Source: Nannocystales bacterium (lineage in GTDB: Bacteria > Myxococcota_A > Polyangia > Nannocystales > Nannocystaceae). Taken from it: a stretch of 64,000 nt of DNA. Position numbers and translations under genes: made by a program. The stretch spans positions 64,001 to 128,000 of the forward strand of contig JBOEGF010000024.1 of the NCBI GenBank assembly GCA_050633305.1, written 5' to 3'. The notes beneath the pieces are model-generated. The model had not been told where the DNA came from, made no database searches, and saw only the letters and a program-made list of their open reading frames with translations. Shown here one piece after another: positions 9,755-20,493 of this stretch (positions within the stretch are counted from its first letter, which is position 1; the number at the start of each line of letters is the position of its first letter).

Positions 9755-11080
9755 ATGCGAGGTCCCGTGAGCGAGTCCAACGAGCACCCCGAAGATCAAG
9801 AGCCCGAACAGCCCAATGCGAGTCCGCAAGGCGGTGAGCTCAGCCACGACGACTTCGAGGACGATGACCTCGACGACCTCGACGCGTTCGGCATCGATGG
9901 CGTTGTCGCCCAGATGACCGGCGACGAGCCCGCGATGCCGAAAAAGCGCACCCGTCCAGCGTGGATATCGGCGGTCGTGGTGCTCGCCTGCCTGTACCCG
10001 CTCATCAGCATGTGGGGGGACTTCCGATTCTGGCTGCGCTCCTCCGAGCCCGAGTCACTAGGGGATTCGGCTGCGCTCTTCGAGCCGGGCGCGCCCACGC
10101 CCGATCTTCTCGACCGCTACATCTCCATCGAGGGCACGCCCGATGTGCAGTGGACGAGCGTGCTCACCAAGAAGAGCGGGGCGAAGGTCAACTACTTCCG
10201 GGTTCTCGAAGGCGGGGGTCGGTTGTTTGCCGCCGTTCCGCGTCCCGAAGGTGATGCCGGCAAGACTGCGAAGTATCCCAGTGGGTTCACGGGTCGGGTC
10301 ACGCGGTTGGGAGATGCGGGCGGATTTGACTGGATCGCTCGGCTGTTCGCAGAACAAGAGGTCACGGAGCTCTACGACGTCTCGGGCCAGTCGGTCGCGG
10401 ACGCTGTCTCCGCAGGAAATGCTTCCCTGTCGATGACGGCAGAGGATGGCCGCGGCGTCATCGCCGAGCCCGCCGACATGATCCGCGTGGTGGCACGGCC
10501 CGAGGACGCGCGCGTATTGCTCGGTGCGGCCTCGTTCCCCAGCGCCAAGGCGGCGGATGCTGCCGTCGCTGCGCTGGGATACCCGTACGCGGTGTTGGGA
10601 CAAGGGCGCACCGATCTGCGGCGGTACGTCGTTCGGGTGCCAGAGGCTGCTCGCGATGACGCTCGCAAAGCGTTGCTCGCCAAGGTCGAAGGCGAGGTCG
10701 ACGAGAACGACCCGAAGGAAGGGGTCTCGGTCTTCCCGCTGTCCGCGACCTACACCGCGCCCGCTGGCGAGATTTCGCTCGAGGGGGCCGAGCTGGTGTT
10801 CCCCTACGGCGACAACACCACCGCCCCGGGCTACCGGGTCGAGGACGGCAAGCTCGTCGAGGCGGAGCTCGATGGCGGGCGGATGCGGATCCCGGTGACG
10901 GCGGTCCATGCGGCGCGGGTCGAGAAGCCGGTCTTCGTCGATCCCGACGGGTTCCTCGTCGAGGTTGGTGTCGAGCCGAGCTCGCAGCTCAAGTGGGGAA
11001 TCCTCTGGCTGCTGGTCCTTGGGCTCGCGCTCACGAACGCTGTGGTCCTGTACAGCGGGCTGCGCCGACGCGCAGTGTGA
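9755..11080 (+). CDS. Hypothetical membrane protein (acidic N-terminus, two TM helices)
   Basis: Long ORF with plausible composition; TM segments WISAVVVLACLYPLISMW and WGILWLLVLGLALTNAVVLY. Confidence 0.7.
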   Translation: MRGPVSESNEHPEDQEPEQPNASPQGGELSHDDFEDDDLDDLDAFGIDGVVAQMTGDEPAMPKKRTRPAWISAVVVLACLYPLISMWGDFRFWLRSSEPESLGDSAALFEPGAPTPDLLDRYISIEGTPDVQWTSVLTKKSGAKVNYFRVLEGGGRLFAAVPRPEGDAGKTAKYPSGFTGRVTRLGDAGGFDWIARLFAEQEVTELYDVSGQSVADAVSAGNASLSMTAEDGRGVIAEPADMIRVVARPEDARVLLGAASFPSAKAADAAVAALGYPYAVLGQGRTDLRRYVVRVPEAARDDARKALLAKVEGEVDENDPKEGVSVFPLSATYTAPAGEISLEGAELVFPYGDNTTAPGYRVEDGKLVEAELDGGRMRIPVTAVHAARVEKPVFVDPDGFLVEVGVEPSSQLKWGILWLLVLGLALTNAVVLYSGLRRRAV

Positions 11081-11128
11081 GCGGACTTTCCGCTCGGGAG
11101 CGCCACGGGTCGCCGTGGTGCGCGTCTT

Positions 11129-12046
11129 TTGGACCCCGACCGGGCCAATGGGCTACGGTCAGGGAGCCAACCCGTGGGCGAGGCCTCGAACATCACACTG
11201 CAGTTGCTGGGCGCCGGTGGGGCGTTTACCCGAATCTTTGGGACAACGTGCTCGGTGCTCACGCTCGCCAACGACGAGCGGTGGCTGATCGATTGCGGTC
11301 GGCAAGCGCCGGACCAGCTGCATGCCGCAGGCATCGAGTGGCACGCGATCTTCGGTCAGCTCGTCACGCACGTGCACGGCGACCACACGTTCGGCCTGGA
11401 GGATTTCGCGTTCTCCCGTTTCTTCTTCACGCGTGAGGGCGTAGAGGCCGTGCGCGAAGGCGGACCGCGCCCCAAGCTGGTGTGTCACAGCGCGGTGCAG
11501 GAGGAACTCTGGGAGTCCCTTGCGTCGTCGCTTCGCTACGTTCCGCCACCACTGGCACCCAAGTCCGGGACGCTCGACACCTACTTCGAGACGGTCGCGG
11601 CGCATGCATCGGAGCCTCCGGGCGACAACCCATGGCACCACGCCGAGTCCTTTCGCGCAGGTCAGCTCACGGTGCATACGACCGAGACGGAGCACGTGCC
11701 CGGGAAACCGAGCACGGCGCTGACCATCGAGGTCGGTGATGGAAAGGTCGCGTGGTGGAGCGGAGACAGCACGGTCGACGCCGATGCGCTCGTCGCCCTC
11801 GAACCCAGGACGACGGTCTTCTTCCACGACTGCACGTTCGTCGAATACCCCGGTCAGGTTCACGGTTCGTTCGCGGCGCTCGAGAAACTCCCGCTCGCGG
11901 TCCGCAAGAAGCTCGTGCTGATGCACCACGAGGACGACCTCGCAGACCACCGCGATCGAGCCGATGCGCTCGGCTTTCGCGTCGCGCTGCCCGGCCAGAC
12001 CTACGATCTGCAGACCGGCCAGTGCCACGCAGCGCTGGCCGACTGA
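11129..12046 (+). CDS. Metallo-beta-lactamase-fold hydrolase (RNase Z-like)
   Basis: LLGAGGAF, LIDCG, THVHGDH (HxHxDH), WSGDS, FHDC, VH, LMHH. Confidence 0.85.
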   Translation: MDPDRANGLRSGSQPVGEASNITLQLLGAGGAFTRIFGTTCSVLTLANDERWLIDCGRQAPDQLHAAGIEWHAIFGQLVTHVHGDHTFGLEDFAFSRFFFTREGVEAVREGGPRPKLVCHSAVQEELWESLASSLRYVPPPLAPKSGTLDTYFETVAAHASEPPGDNPWHHAESFRAGQLTVHTTETEHVPGKPSTALTIEVGDGKVAWWSGDSTVDADALVALEPRTTVFFHDCTFVEYPGQVHGSFAALEKLPLAVRKKLVLMHHEDDLADHRDRADALGFRVALPGQTYDLQTGQCHAALAD

Positions 12047-12047
12047 G

Positions 12048-12608
12048 CTACGCTTTCGCTTCGTTTCGGCCCCGGATGCGATCGAAGAGCATGGGGAAGT
12101 TGCACGGCTTGTGCGTGGCGTCGAGCTGCTTGATCAGAATCCGGTCCATCGCGGTTCGGACTGCACCGGTGGACCCTGGAAGCGCGAACACGAACGTCCC
12201 GCTGCACAGGGCTGCCGTCACGCGGCTTTGAATGGTCGAGGTCCCGATCTCTTCGTAGCTGAGCATGCGGAACAGCTCCCCGAATCCGGGGATGGACTTG
12301 GTCACCAACGGCTCCAGTGCATCCGGGGTGATGTCCCGGTCGGTGAGCCCGGTGCCGCCGGTTGTAATCAGGACATCAACCTGAGGATCGTCGATCGCCC
12401 GTTGCATCGAGGACCGCACCCGCTGCAGATCGTCGGGCACGATCTCCTTCCAGCTGATGCGGTGCCCCGCGCCCTCGAGACGCTCAACGGCCAGCTGTCC
12501 TGACGTGTCGGTCTGTTCCGTACGCGTATCCGAGACGGTCAGGACGGCGGCACGCACGGGGACGAAGGTGTCGGAGACCATTCGCCGTGACGATAGCAGC
12601 CGCGACAC
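12048..12608 (-). CDS. moaB: Molybdenum cofactor biosynthesis protein B
   Basis: [53 protein letters not shown]. Confidence 0.9.
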   Translation of the reverse strand: MSRLLSSRRMVSDTFVPVRAAVLTVSDTRTEQTDTSGQLAVERLEGAGHRISWKEIVPDDLQRVRSSMQRAIDDPQVDVLITTGGTGLTDRDITPDALEPLVTKSIPGFGELFRMLSYEEIGTSTIQSRVTAALCSGTFVFALPGSTGAVRTAMDRILIKQLDATHKPCNFPMLFDRIRGRNEAKA

Positions 12609-12805
12609 GGCTGTCAGGGTGGGGCAGAGGATCGTGCCGTGAATGTCGTGTTCGACGGCAACCCCGGCCTCCAGGACCCAGAATTCCGATCTGGCATCCC
12701 TCGTGCTTACAGTGGGGCTGTCGACGGGCTCCGGGGCGGGCGATTGCTCGGGGAGAACGTATGGCGGCTTTGCTTGGGGCCTTGCGGCCGAAAATTGGAG
12801 AACCG

Positions 12806-14575
12806 ATGAAACGACTCTTTGCTGGATCGCTGATGACTGTCCTTACGGGTGCCGTGATGGTGGCTGCCCCTCAACCCGCCGAGGCGTGCGGTGGGTTCTT
12901 CTGCGACGGAGGTCCGCAGCCGATGCCGGTGGATCAGACCGGCGAGGACATCCTTTTCGTCATGGACGGCGATGAGATCGAGGTTCACATCCGGGTGGAG
13001 TACGAAGGAGAGGCGGAGAACTTCGCGTGGCTAATTCCCGCGTCTTCGGTCCCCACGGACTTCAACGTCGGCTCGCAAGCGTTGGTCGATGCGGTCAAGG
13101 CGGCGACCGTCCCGACCTACGGCATCACGAACACGGCCGATGACTGCAGTCTCGACGACAATGAAGGCTTCGGCACCGGGGCGGATGGAGCCGGGGATTC
13201 GGGCGACCCTTCAGGGGGGAGCGCGACCGAGGGGGGCAACGATGGGCCCGTGGTCCTCGCACAGGAGCAGGTCGGTGCCTACGAGATCACCGTGATCGGT
13301 GAGGCTGAAGGCGGCGACCTGACGGCCCAGCAGGTCTTCGACTGGCTCGAGGAGAACGAGTACCAGCAAGACGAGTCCGCGCTGCCGATCATCGAGGAGT
13401 ACCTCGCGGAGGACCACAACTTCATCGCGATCAAGCTCACCGGGGGTGCGGATGTGGATGAGTTGCATCCCATCGCCCTGAAGTTCGACCACACCAACCC
13501 GTGCGTGCCCCTTCGGCTCACGCGGATCGCGGCGGTCGACGACATGGACGTGCGAACCTACTTTCTCTCCGACAGCCGCGTCGTGCCCAGCACCTACAAG
13601 CACGTCCTGGTCAACGCGCTGAAGATCGATTGGACGAGTCAGGCATCCAACTACAAAGAAGTCATCACCAAGGCCGTCGACGCAGACGGGGCGGATGGCC
13701 GAGCCTTTGTGACCGAGTACGCCGGCCCCACAAACGTCGTGCAGACCAACTCGATCTTTCAGTCGCAGTGGAACGCCGCAGAGTTCGAGGGGTTGGAGCC
13801 CGCACTCGCGATGCAAACCCTCATGGACCAGGGGCTGTTTCGCTGCGACTACGACTTTACGGTGGACGACGACGTTTGCTTTGGGCTGCACCCGCTCATC
13901 GAGCCGCTCGTCAACGAGTTCTTGGTGCCCGACGATGTCGAGCCGCGTGACTTCTACTCCGACCCCGATCAGTTCGCGGAGTTGATCGATCTCGAGCGGT
14001 GGGCGAACGGGGAAGTGTTCGCGCAGCGTCTTGGCGAGCGAGTCATCGAGCCCGGTCAGAATGCGGTCGAGCTGCTGGAGACCCACGACTATCTGACCCG
14101 GATGTACACGACCATCTCTCCCTCGGAGATGACCGCGGATCCGATGTTCCATACAAACCCCGACTTGGACGACGTTGAAAACAACCGCACCGCGACGAAC
14201 AGGCTGCTGTGCAACGGTGACAACTTGTGGACGTTGCCCGATGGACGGGACGTGTACGTGCCCGCAGGTGAGCCATGGCCCAACATCGGTGGTGAAGACT
14301 TCTGGGAGGAAGAGGTCGACGAGATGCCCTCCGCTGGCGCGCCCATGGTGCTGGTGAACAACACCGAAGCTATCGAGGTCGCCCGCCGCAGGTACAACAC
14401 CGGCGTGGGCTACAACGGCGTCGCACCCGAGCAAGGCGGGGATCTCGACGACACGCCGCAGCCGGGCTTTGATGACGGCGGCTGCGGCTGCCGGACCTCC
14501 TCGCCGACCGGTGCGGTGTGGTCGATGGCGTTCCTGTTTGGCATCGCGGCGCTCCGTCGCCGCCGTAGCGTCTAG
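12806..14575 (+). CDS. DUF2330-like protein with MYXO-CTERM sorting signal
   Basis: GGAG RBS before ATG 12806; signal peptide ..[31 protein letters not shown]-terminal GGCGCRT + TM + RRRR. Confidence 0.85.
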   Translation: MKRLFAGSLMTVLTGAVMVAAPQPAEACGGFFCDGGPQPMPVDQTGEDILFVMDGDEIEVHIRVEYEGEAENFAWLIPASSVPTDFNVGSQALVDAVKAATVPTYGITNTADDCSLDDNEGFGTGADGAGDSGDPSGGSATEGGNDGPVVLAQEQVGAYEITVIGEAEGGDLTAQQVFDWLEENEYQQDESALPIIEEYLAEDHNFIAIKLTGGADVDELHPIALKFDHTNPCVPLRLTRIAAVDDMDVRTYFLSDSRVVPSTYKHVLVNALKIDWTSQASNYKEVITKAVDADGADGRAFVTEYAGPTNVVQTNSIFQSQWNAAEFEGLEPALAMQTLMDQGLFRCDYDFTVDDDVCFGLHPLIEPLVNEFLVPDDVEPRDFYSDPDQFAELIDLERWANGEVFAQRLGERVIEPGQNAVELLETHDYLTRMYTTISPSEMTADPMFHTNPDLDDVENNRTATNRLLCNGDNLWTLPDGRDVYVPAGEPWPNIGGEDFWEEEVDEMPSAGAPMVLVNNTEAIEVARRRYNTGVGYNGVAPEQGGDLDDTPQPGFDDGGCGCRTSSPTGAVWSMAFLFGIAALRRRRSV

Positions 14576-14587
14576 CGCGGAGCTGTA

Positions 14588-14636
14588 ACCCGAAAATAGC
14601 CCTCTGGTGGTCTCTCGCCAGAGGGCTTCTTCGGGT
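14588..14636. terminator. Bidirectional terminator hairpin
   Basis: agccctctgg...ccagagggct stem extended by acccgaa/ttcgggt, between convergent stops. Confidence 0.7.
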
Positions 14637-14647
14637 GGTGCGCTTCG

Positions 14648-15268
14648 TCACGAAGACGGGGGCAGGGCTCGCTGCGCGTTGTCCTCGGCTTCCATGAGCG
14701 CGGAGGAAGCGATCGCCTGCGCGCGACCGGCCGCGCTGCGGAGCTTGGTGAAGTTTCGCAAGACCAGGACCGCGCCCAAGGCTCCAAGTCCCAGTCCGCC
14801 CATCACCAGCGTGGTGCTGAACAACATCCCCAGCGCGAGCATGGTGAGGCTGATACCCGCGATCCCCGTGGCGGCCAAGCTCTGCACTCCCTTGCCAGCG
14901 GAGGTGTCGACATCCACCCGAACGAGCGCGCCGCCGGCTCCGTCGGGTGTGCTGCGAATCTTGTACGTGAGGCCCGCATCGTCGTCGACGATGTCCGCAG
15001 ATCCGTCGCCCTGCCCATGGCCTCCCCGCCCGGTCTGGCGCTCGAGAGAGCTCTGTACCGAGGCGAGCGCGTCTGGTGGCGCTGCTGCGATTCGCGACTC
15101 CACGTGGGCGGTCGAGGTCCCGCGGGTGAGGGGACCGACAGCGCTCCCTGCGTCCTGTGTCGCTGGAAGGTCTCCCGCACGCTCGGCTAGCGCGAGCCGC
15201 AACTCCTGCGGGGAGATCCCTGCTTCGGCCGCAGCGTCCCGCAACTCGTCGTCGGTGAGATTCGCCAT
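14648..15268 (-). CDS. Hypothetical membrane protein
   Basis: N-terminal LRDAAAEAGISP motif and two C-terminal TM helices. Confidence 0.65.
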   Translation of the reverse strand: MANLTDDELRDAAAEAGISPQELRLALAERAGDLPATQDAGSAVGPLTRGTSTAHVESRIAAAPPDALASVQSSLERQTGRGGHGQGDGSADIVDDDAGLTYKIRSTPDGAGGALVRVDVDTSAGKGVQSLAATGIAGISLTMLALGMLFSTTLVMGGLGLGALGAVLVLRNFTKLRSAAGRAQAIASSALMEAEDNAQRALPPSS

Positions 15269-15340
15269 TGCTGCGGAGCTTACCCCAGTGTCGGGCGGCC
15301 GCTAGCGCTGGGAGGGGGCCGCGTGGACGACGTTGGGGCC

Positions 15341-16240
15341 TCAGACCGTACCTGGGCCACCGACTCGGTTCCGCCCGTTGCGCTTGGCTTGGTACAGGTT
15401 CCGATCTGACTCCTCGACGAGTTGCAGCGCCGAGTTGTGCCTTGCGCCGTCGAAGGTCGCGACGCCCAGAGACATCGTCACCGGGATCTCTTTGCCGCCG
15501 TAGACGAACCGCGTCGCCTCGATCAGCGCCCGGAGTCGGTCGGCGAGGACCATCGCCTCGGCGGAGTCGCAGTCCCGCATGATGATGCCGAACTCTTCGC
15601 CGCCGACGCGGCAGAATGCGTCCTCGGCCCGCAGCGAGCCCATCACGGCGGCGGCAAGACGTTGCAGGACGTGATCGCCTGCAGGGTGGCCGTGGGTGTC
15701 GTTGATCATCTTGAAGTGATCAACATCCATGCTCACCAGCGAGAGGTCGAGCTTGTGCCGCTCGGCGTGCAGGAAATCCTTCTCCATCTGCTCGGTGAAG
15801 AATCGCTTGTTGTACGCCTGCGTGAGGGGGTCCCGCGTTGCGCTCTCGTAGAGCTGCTGCTGGAACTGCTCCTCGAGCGAATCCTGATAGGAGAACTTCA
15901 AGATGGTGACGGACCCGACTTGGATGCGGTCCCCGTCGCTGAGTTCCATCTGGTTGACGCGGGTCCCGTTGACGTAGGTGCCGTTGGTGCTCCCCCGATC
16001 GTCGAGCATGACGGTGCCGTCGTCCCGGCGGTGCATGCTCGCGTGGATCCGAGAGACACCCTCGTCCTCGAGGCGAACGTCGGCTTCCAGTGAACGGCCC
16101 AGGTCGACCTGACCCACTGGCACCTTAAACATCTTGCCCACGGACCGACCGGACAAGACGATCAGGTACGCATTGACTTCGGCAGACGCCCAGCCCTCAA
16201 TCGGTTGCCGGCGTCGGATGACGGTTTGTTCCTCGTTCAC
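15341..16240 (-). CDS. FHA-GGDEF diguanylate cyclase
   Basis: FHA motifs LGRS, VSRIHA, GSTNGTYVNG; DVDHFK.IND.HGH.AGD; RAED I-site; GGEEF. Confidence 0.92.
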   Translation of the reverse strand: MNEEQTVIRRRQPIEGWASAEVNAYLIVLSGRSVGKMFKVPVGQVDLGRSLEADVRLEDEGVSRIHASMHRRDDGTVMLDDRGSTNGTYVNGTRVNQMELSDGDRIQVGSVTILKFSYQDSLEEQFQQQLYESATRDPLTQAYNKRFFTEQMEKDFLHAERHKLDLSLVSMDVDHFKMINDTHGHPAGDHVLQRLAAAVMGSLRAEDAFCRVGGEEFGIIMRDCDSAEAMVLADRLRALIEATRFVYGGKEIPVTMSLGVATFDGARHNSALQLVEESDRNLYQAKRNGRNRVGGPGTV

Positions 16241-16272
16241 CCTGCACCGTCATCCTAGAACAGACTCAGCCG

Positions 16273-17460
16273 GTGGACCAGTGCGCGGCTTGGAAACTCC
16301 GAGCCGCGCGCGCTCGACCGAATGAGGCTGAGGCCCGTGATAGCCTCCGAGCGGTGGACGCAGAGGGGTTGGAGGAGCGTTTACGCGAATTCGCGGCCCG
16401 GGGAGTCGAGATCGTCGATCCTCGTCAGACCTTCATCGGGGCCGATGTGGTCCCAGAACGGGTGCGACCGGGTGCGACACTGCATCCGGGCACCCGACTC
16501 CACGGCGCCCGCACGTTCCTCGCGGACGGAGCAGAGATCGGTACCGAAGGACCGGCGACGGTCCGGGATGCGGTGTTCGGGCCGGGAGCGACGGTGGCCT
16601 CCGGCTACGTCGAAGGGGCGGTCTTGTTTGCCAACGCGAGCTTGGGAGCGGCCGCGCACGTGCGCCCAGGGACGATCCTGGAGGAGGAAGCCTCGACCGC
16701 CCACTGTGTGGGCCTCAAGCACACCATTCTGCTCAGCTTTGTCACGCTGGGTTCGCTGATCAACTTCTGCGACTGCCTCATGGCCGGCGGAACGTCCCGC
16801 AAAGACCACTCAGAAGTGGGCAGCGGGTTCATCCACTTCAACTTCACGCCCTGGGGCGCCCGTGGTGACAAGGCCACACCCTCGTTGATCGGTGACGTTC
16901 CGCGCGGGGTGTTCTTGCGGGAGCCCAAGATCTTTCTCGGCGGATCGGCAGGGCTCGTGGGTCCGGGCCAAGTGGGCTACGGAGCAATCACCGGGGCTGG
17001 TCAGGTTGTCCGGAAACCTGTGGACACCGGCAGGCTCAGTTTGCAGCCGATCCGAGCGCTCGACGTTGTCCGGGATCCCGGACACCTCGATCGTGCCGAG
17101 CCCAGGGCCCGGCGGAACGTGGCGTATCTCTCGAACCTGGTTGCGCTGCGGGCCTGGTATCGCGATGTCCGTTTGGCTCGTGCCCAAGGAACGGACCGTG
17201 TGATCGTGTCTGCGGGGATCGAGACGCTCGGGCTGTGCATCGCCGAGCGTGTCAAGCGGCTCGCGGCCTTCCTTGCTGAACGAGGGGAGCCCATGCCTGC
17301 GCTGCAGCTCGAGCCCGACGTCCCATCTCCCCTCGATCCCGCGATCGATGGGGGAGTCGCTGAGCTCAACCATGTGCAGTGGGTGCAGCAGCTCAGCGAA
17401 GCGCAGCACGGCCTTGGCGTCCGGTGGCTGCAAGAGGTCGCGAACTCCGTGGCCGGCTGA
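16273..17460 (+). CDS. GlmU-like left-handed beta-helix protein lacking the N-terminal uridyltransferase domain
   Basis: GVEIVDPRQTFIG, hexapeptide-like repeats, HVRPGT, GSGFIHFNF..G.K; start uncertain. Confidence 0.7.
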   Translation: MDQCAAWKLRAARARPNEAEARDSLRAVDAEGLEERLREFAARGVEIVDPRQTFIGADVVPERVRPGATLHPGTRLHGARTFLADGAEIGTEGPATVRDAVFGPGATVASGYVEGAVLFANASLGAAAHVRPGTILEEEASTAHCVGLKHTILLSFVTLGSLINFCDCLMAGGTSRKDHSEVGSGFIHFNFTPWGARGDKATPSLIGDVPRGVFLREPKIFLGGSAGLVGPGQVGYGAITGAGQVVRKPVDTGRLSLQPIRALDVVRDPGHLDRAEPRARRNVAYLSNLVALRAWYRDVRLARAQGTDRVIVSAGIETLGLCIAERVKRLAAFLAERGEPMPALQLEPDVPSPLDPAIDGGVAELNHVQWVQQLSEAQHGLGVRWLQEVANSVAG

Positions 17461-17621
17461 TCTCTTTCGTTGGGCGGCTGCGGACCGGTGGGGTCAGGGG
17501 GCGGTTCGTCGTGCTCCCACGCGGTCCAAAGGCGGACGACCTGCGCAGGTGAGGGAACCTCCTTGGACCTGGCAGGGCTCCAGGGTCGCCGCATGTTCGT
17601 TTCACCGGTCAAGGACGAACC

Positions 17622-18191
17622 ATGAGACGACACATCGCACTGAGTTTCTTTTCCGCTGCAGTCCTCCTTGGAGGCTGTGGCGATGACTTCACTTCTTCGG
17701 GCTCGAGCAAAGTCGACTCCGACGAACAAGAGATGACGCTGGACCCCGACGGGGATGGCGTTGCAGAGGGGCAAGAGGCCGGCGATTTGGCCGCCATGTC
17801 CTTCGAGCTGAGCGAGCCGCTGCCCGAGATTGCAGAGGCCGAGGTTGACCACGGAGGCAGTGTCCACCGCTCCTTCGACGCAACCAATGACTTCGCACTG
17901 GAGACCATCGCGGAAGCGATTGAGGTCAACGTCGCCAGCCCACGTACGGGTGTGAGCCTCTCGCTCACCGCCGACGGGATGCTGGTCCCCGCGCCGCCGA
18001 GCGGTCCGGGGGAGTGGAGCCTCACCCTGAGCGACGACCGTAGGGAAGTGTCGCTGCAGTGGTACAACGAGGCCGCGGGCGGCACCCGAATCCAATCTGG
18101 GCAGAGCTACCAGGTCGTGTACTCGCTCGACGCCAACTGCTGCCTCGAGAGCGTCGGTGAGACGGCGATCGAGTTCACCCTCGGCGGCTGA
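17622..18191 (+). CDS. Lipoprotein, unknown function
   Basis: AAGGA RBS; lipobox LLGGC; acidic body. Confidence 0.75.
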   Translation: MRRHIALSFFSAAVLLGGCGDDFTSSGSSKVDSDEQEMTLDPDGDGVAEGQEAGDLAAMSFELSEPLPEIAEAEVDHGGSVHRSFDATNDFALETIAEAIEVNVASPRTGVSLSLTADGMLVPAPPSGPGEWSLTLSDDRREVSLQWYNEAAGGTRIQSGQSYQVVYSLDANCCLESVGETAIEFTLGG

Positions 18192-18193
18192 TC

Positions 18194-19075
18194 ATGGCCC
18201 GCAGGTTCGCCATCGCGACCCTGCTGGGCGCTTGCCTGCTTGCCCCCGAGGTGAGCGCTCGAGAGCCGGTCCATCCTGACCTTGGACCGGTTCGACATCG
18301 AGACCCGCAGGGACAGCGAACGCTGTGGCTCGGTCTGGATGGTGGGGGGGTCGTCTTGCCACGTCGCCTCGGCTTGTATGAAAACCGCGTTTGGACTGCC
18401 CACGCCACCTCGGCGTGGGCGCTTTCTTTGGTTCCCGGTCTCGCGATCGGGGGACGGCACGGCCTGTGGGGCTACGACGTGACGGGCGCCAACACGGCCG
18501 TCCGGCTGCGACTGCATCACCATCAGCTCGAGCTGTCGGGGAGCCCATTGTCCCGCTGGGGGCACACGCGGGCCCAGGACCGCTTGTTCATCGGCGTGCA
18601 GACTCATGCGGTCCTGGAGATGAAGGTCGATGATGTCGAGCTTCACCCCGGTGGGGTGCGCGACACCCTGCTCGAGGTCGGCTACGGCATGCACCATCCA
18701 CTTGGACGCCGTTGGTCGTTCGACTGGCGGCTCTCTGGGCGCTACGCGTGGGTCTTCCTCAAGACCCAGCGGCATGCACTGGCGGCAGCGCGGGTCACGT
18801 TCGAGCCTCGTCCGGCGCACGCGTTGTCGGCCAGCAGTCAACTCTTCGTCGTCCATCGTGACGCGGGGGCATCCGGCGACCTGGATCGACTGTCTGCCCA
18901 TGGTGTCTTTCGAGGGCAATACAGTTGGATGAGTTCCGCTGGGGTTGGCCCCTTCCTCGCCGGCCGTTTTGCGACGCATTTCGCCTCGGGGACCACGCCC
19001 GTGTTCGAGACTCGCGCCGCAGCCGTAGACTCGGTCTACGGTGACCTCACCGTCGGCTTGCGCGCGCACTGGTGA
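18194..19075 (+). CDS. Secreted, probable outer-membrane beta-barrel protein
   Basis: Signal peptide; alternating beta-strand pattern; C-terminal aromatic LTVGLRAHW. Confidence 0.6.
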   Translation: MARRFAIATLLGACLLAPEVSAREPVHPDLGPVRHRDPQGQRTLWLGLDGGGVVLPRRLGLYENRVWTAHATSAWALSLVPGLAIGGRHGLWGYDVTGANTAVRLRLHHHQLELSGSPLSRWGHTRAQDRLFIGVQTHAVLEMKVDDVELHPGGVRDTLLEVGYGMHHPLGRRWSFDWRLSGRYAWVFLKTQRHALAAARVTFEPRPAHALSASSQLFVVHRDAGASGDLDRLSAHGVFRGQYSWMSSAGVGPFLAGRFATHFASGTTPVFETRAAAVDSVYGDLTVGLRAHW

Positions 19076-19100
19076 TGCCCGAGCGGGTGTCCCCAGGTGT

Positions 19101-20036
19101 ATGCTTCGCGGCGTGTTCGAGGCCTGGCTGCGGCACCTGGACGAACCAGACGATCCGAAGCTCGAGTCGCTGAAGGTCTTCACCGCGTTGATTCCGCTGC
19201 AGCTCGCGACGGAGTACGTCTGTGCGACGCTCGCGTCGTGGCATTCCCTGGACGCTGGCCGGTTCCCAACGGATGGGTCTCCGCTCGCACACGGGTTTGG
19301 CATCCCGCTCCAGACCTTCCTGCTCGTGCTCTGCTGTTCTGCGGTCGTGCTGATCCCGGTGCAACTGTGGTCTCGCAGCCGCCGGTTGGGAAGATTGGGC
19401 GCCTTGGCGCTCGCCCTGTCGATGGTGGTGGCGACCTTCCCCCGCAGCGGCAATCACCTGTATCTCGTCGTCGTCATCCTCGGCCTGTGCGTCCGGTTGG
19501 AGTTTGGCTCGGATGCGATGCGGGACCTCTTGGCCCGGTCGCTGCGATGGATCCTCGTGGTCGTGCTGTTCTACAGCGGCCTTCAGAAGCTCGCGCATGG
19601 GTTCTACCTCGATGGCCAGATGCTGGCGTATCTGGGCGATCGCGATGGGTACTCCGGCCTTCTGTCGTTGCTCGCGCCGGAGGCCGAGGTGCATCGTCTT
19701 GCCGCCTTACCTCGTACCCAAGGGGGCGGACCGTTCTCCACAACGGCGCCCTTGCTGTTGGTCGCCTCGAACCTGACCTACGTCGCCGAGATGGCGCTGC
19801 CGTTTCTGCTTCTTTCTGCGAAGAGCCGACGTTTCGCGGTCCCTGCGACATTCGGCCTGATTCTTGTCATCGAGGTCTTCGCACGCGAAGTCTTCTTCGG
19901 ATTGTGGTTCTCCGCGTTACTGCTGCTCTTCGTGAGACCAGCGGTTGCGCGCAGGGCCCTGTGGGTCGTGGTGCTGACCGATGTGGGGCTCGTGCTGGTC
20001 CGGCTGGGTGTCCTTCCGGAGGCATCGTTCACATGA
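19101..20036 (+). CDS. HTTM-like (vitamin K-dependent carboxylase/SdpB-like) multi-pass membrane protein
   Basis: Several TM helices; GNHLYL and LFYSGLQKL..LDG motifs. Confidence 0.6.
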   Translation: MLRGVFEAWLRHLDEPDDPKLESLKVFTALIPLQLATEYVCATLASWHSLDAGRFPTDGSPLAHGFGIPLQTFLLVLCCSAVVLIPVQLWSRSRRLGRLGALALALSMVVATFPRSGNHLYLVVVILGLCVRLEFGSDAMRDLLARSLRWILVVVLFYSGLQKLAHGFYLDGQMLAYLGDRDGYSGLLSLLAPEAEVHRLAALPRTQGGGPFSTTAPLLLVASNLTYVAEMALPFLLLSAKSRRFAVPATFGLILVIEVFAREVFFGLWFSALLLLFVRPAVARRALWVVVLTDVGLVLVRLGVLPEASFT

Positions 20037-20461
20037 GCGGAAGAGCGTTGCCTGCGGTGCCGCGAAGTGTCGCGATCGCTCTGGCGTTGTTCACCGGGTG
20101 GCCCATGGTTCACATCGTGCTCACCGCCGTGACCGGGAGCGACGCGTGGAAACTGGGCGGCTTCGGGATGTACGCGGCTCCCCGTCCGAGGGTCCACATC
20201 GAGCTGGGCGTGGACACGGGCAACGGCGTGTCGCGGTTCAACCCCGCGACTCTCGAGGGCCCGTTGCAGCGCGAGTTCAGACAGATGAGAGACGAACTCG
20301 CGATCCTCGGGTCCTGGGCGAGTCCGGAACCGTTGGCGCTCGCAATCCTCGAGCGCTATCCGCAGGCGCGCGCCGTGGAGGTGGTGGTCGACACCACGAC
20401 GTTGGACTCGGAGACCGCGACGCTGCGCACTCGTACGAGGCGATACAGATACGCTCGATGA
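20033..20461 (+). CDS. Small membrane-anchored partner of the HTTM-like protein
   Basis: ATGA overlap with upstream stop; N-terminal TM followed by WKLGGFGMYA. Confidence 0.6.
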   Translation: MSGRALPAVPRSVAIALALFTGWPMVHIVLTAVTGSDAWKLGGFGMYAAPRPRVHIELGVDTGNGVSRFNPATLEGPLQREFRQMRDELAILGSWASPEPLALAILERYPQARAVEVVVDTTTLDSETATLRTRTRRYRYAR

Positions 20462-20493
20462 GGTCTGCCGCGGTGCGCGGAGTGACCGAGGCC

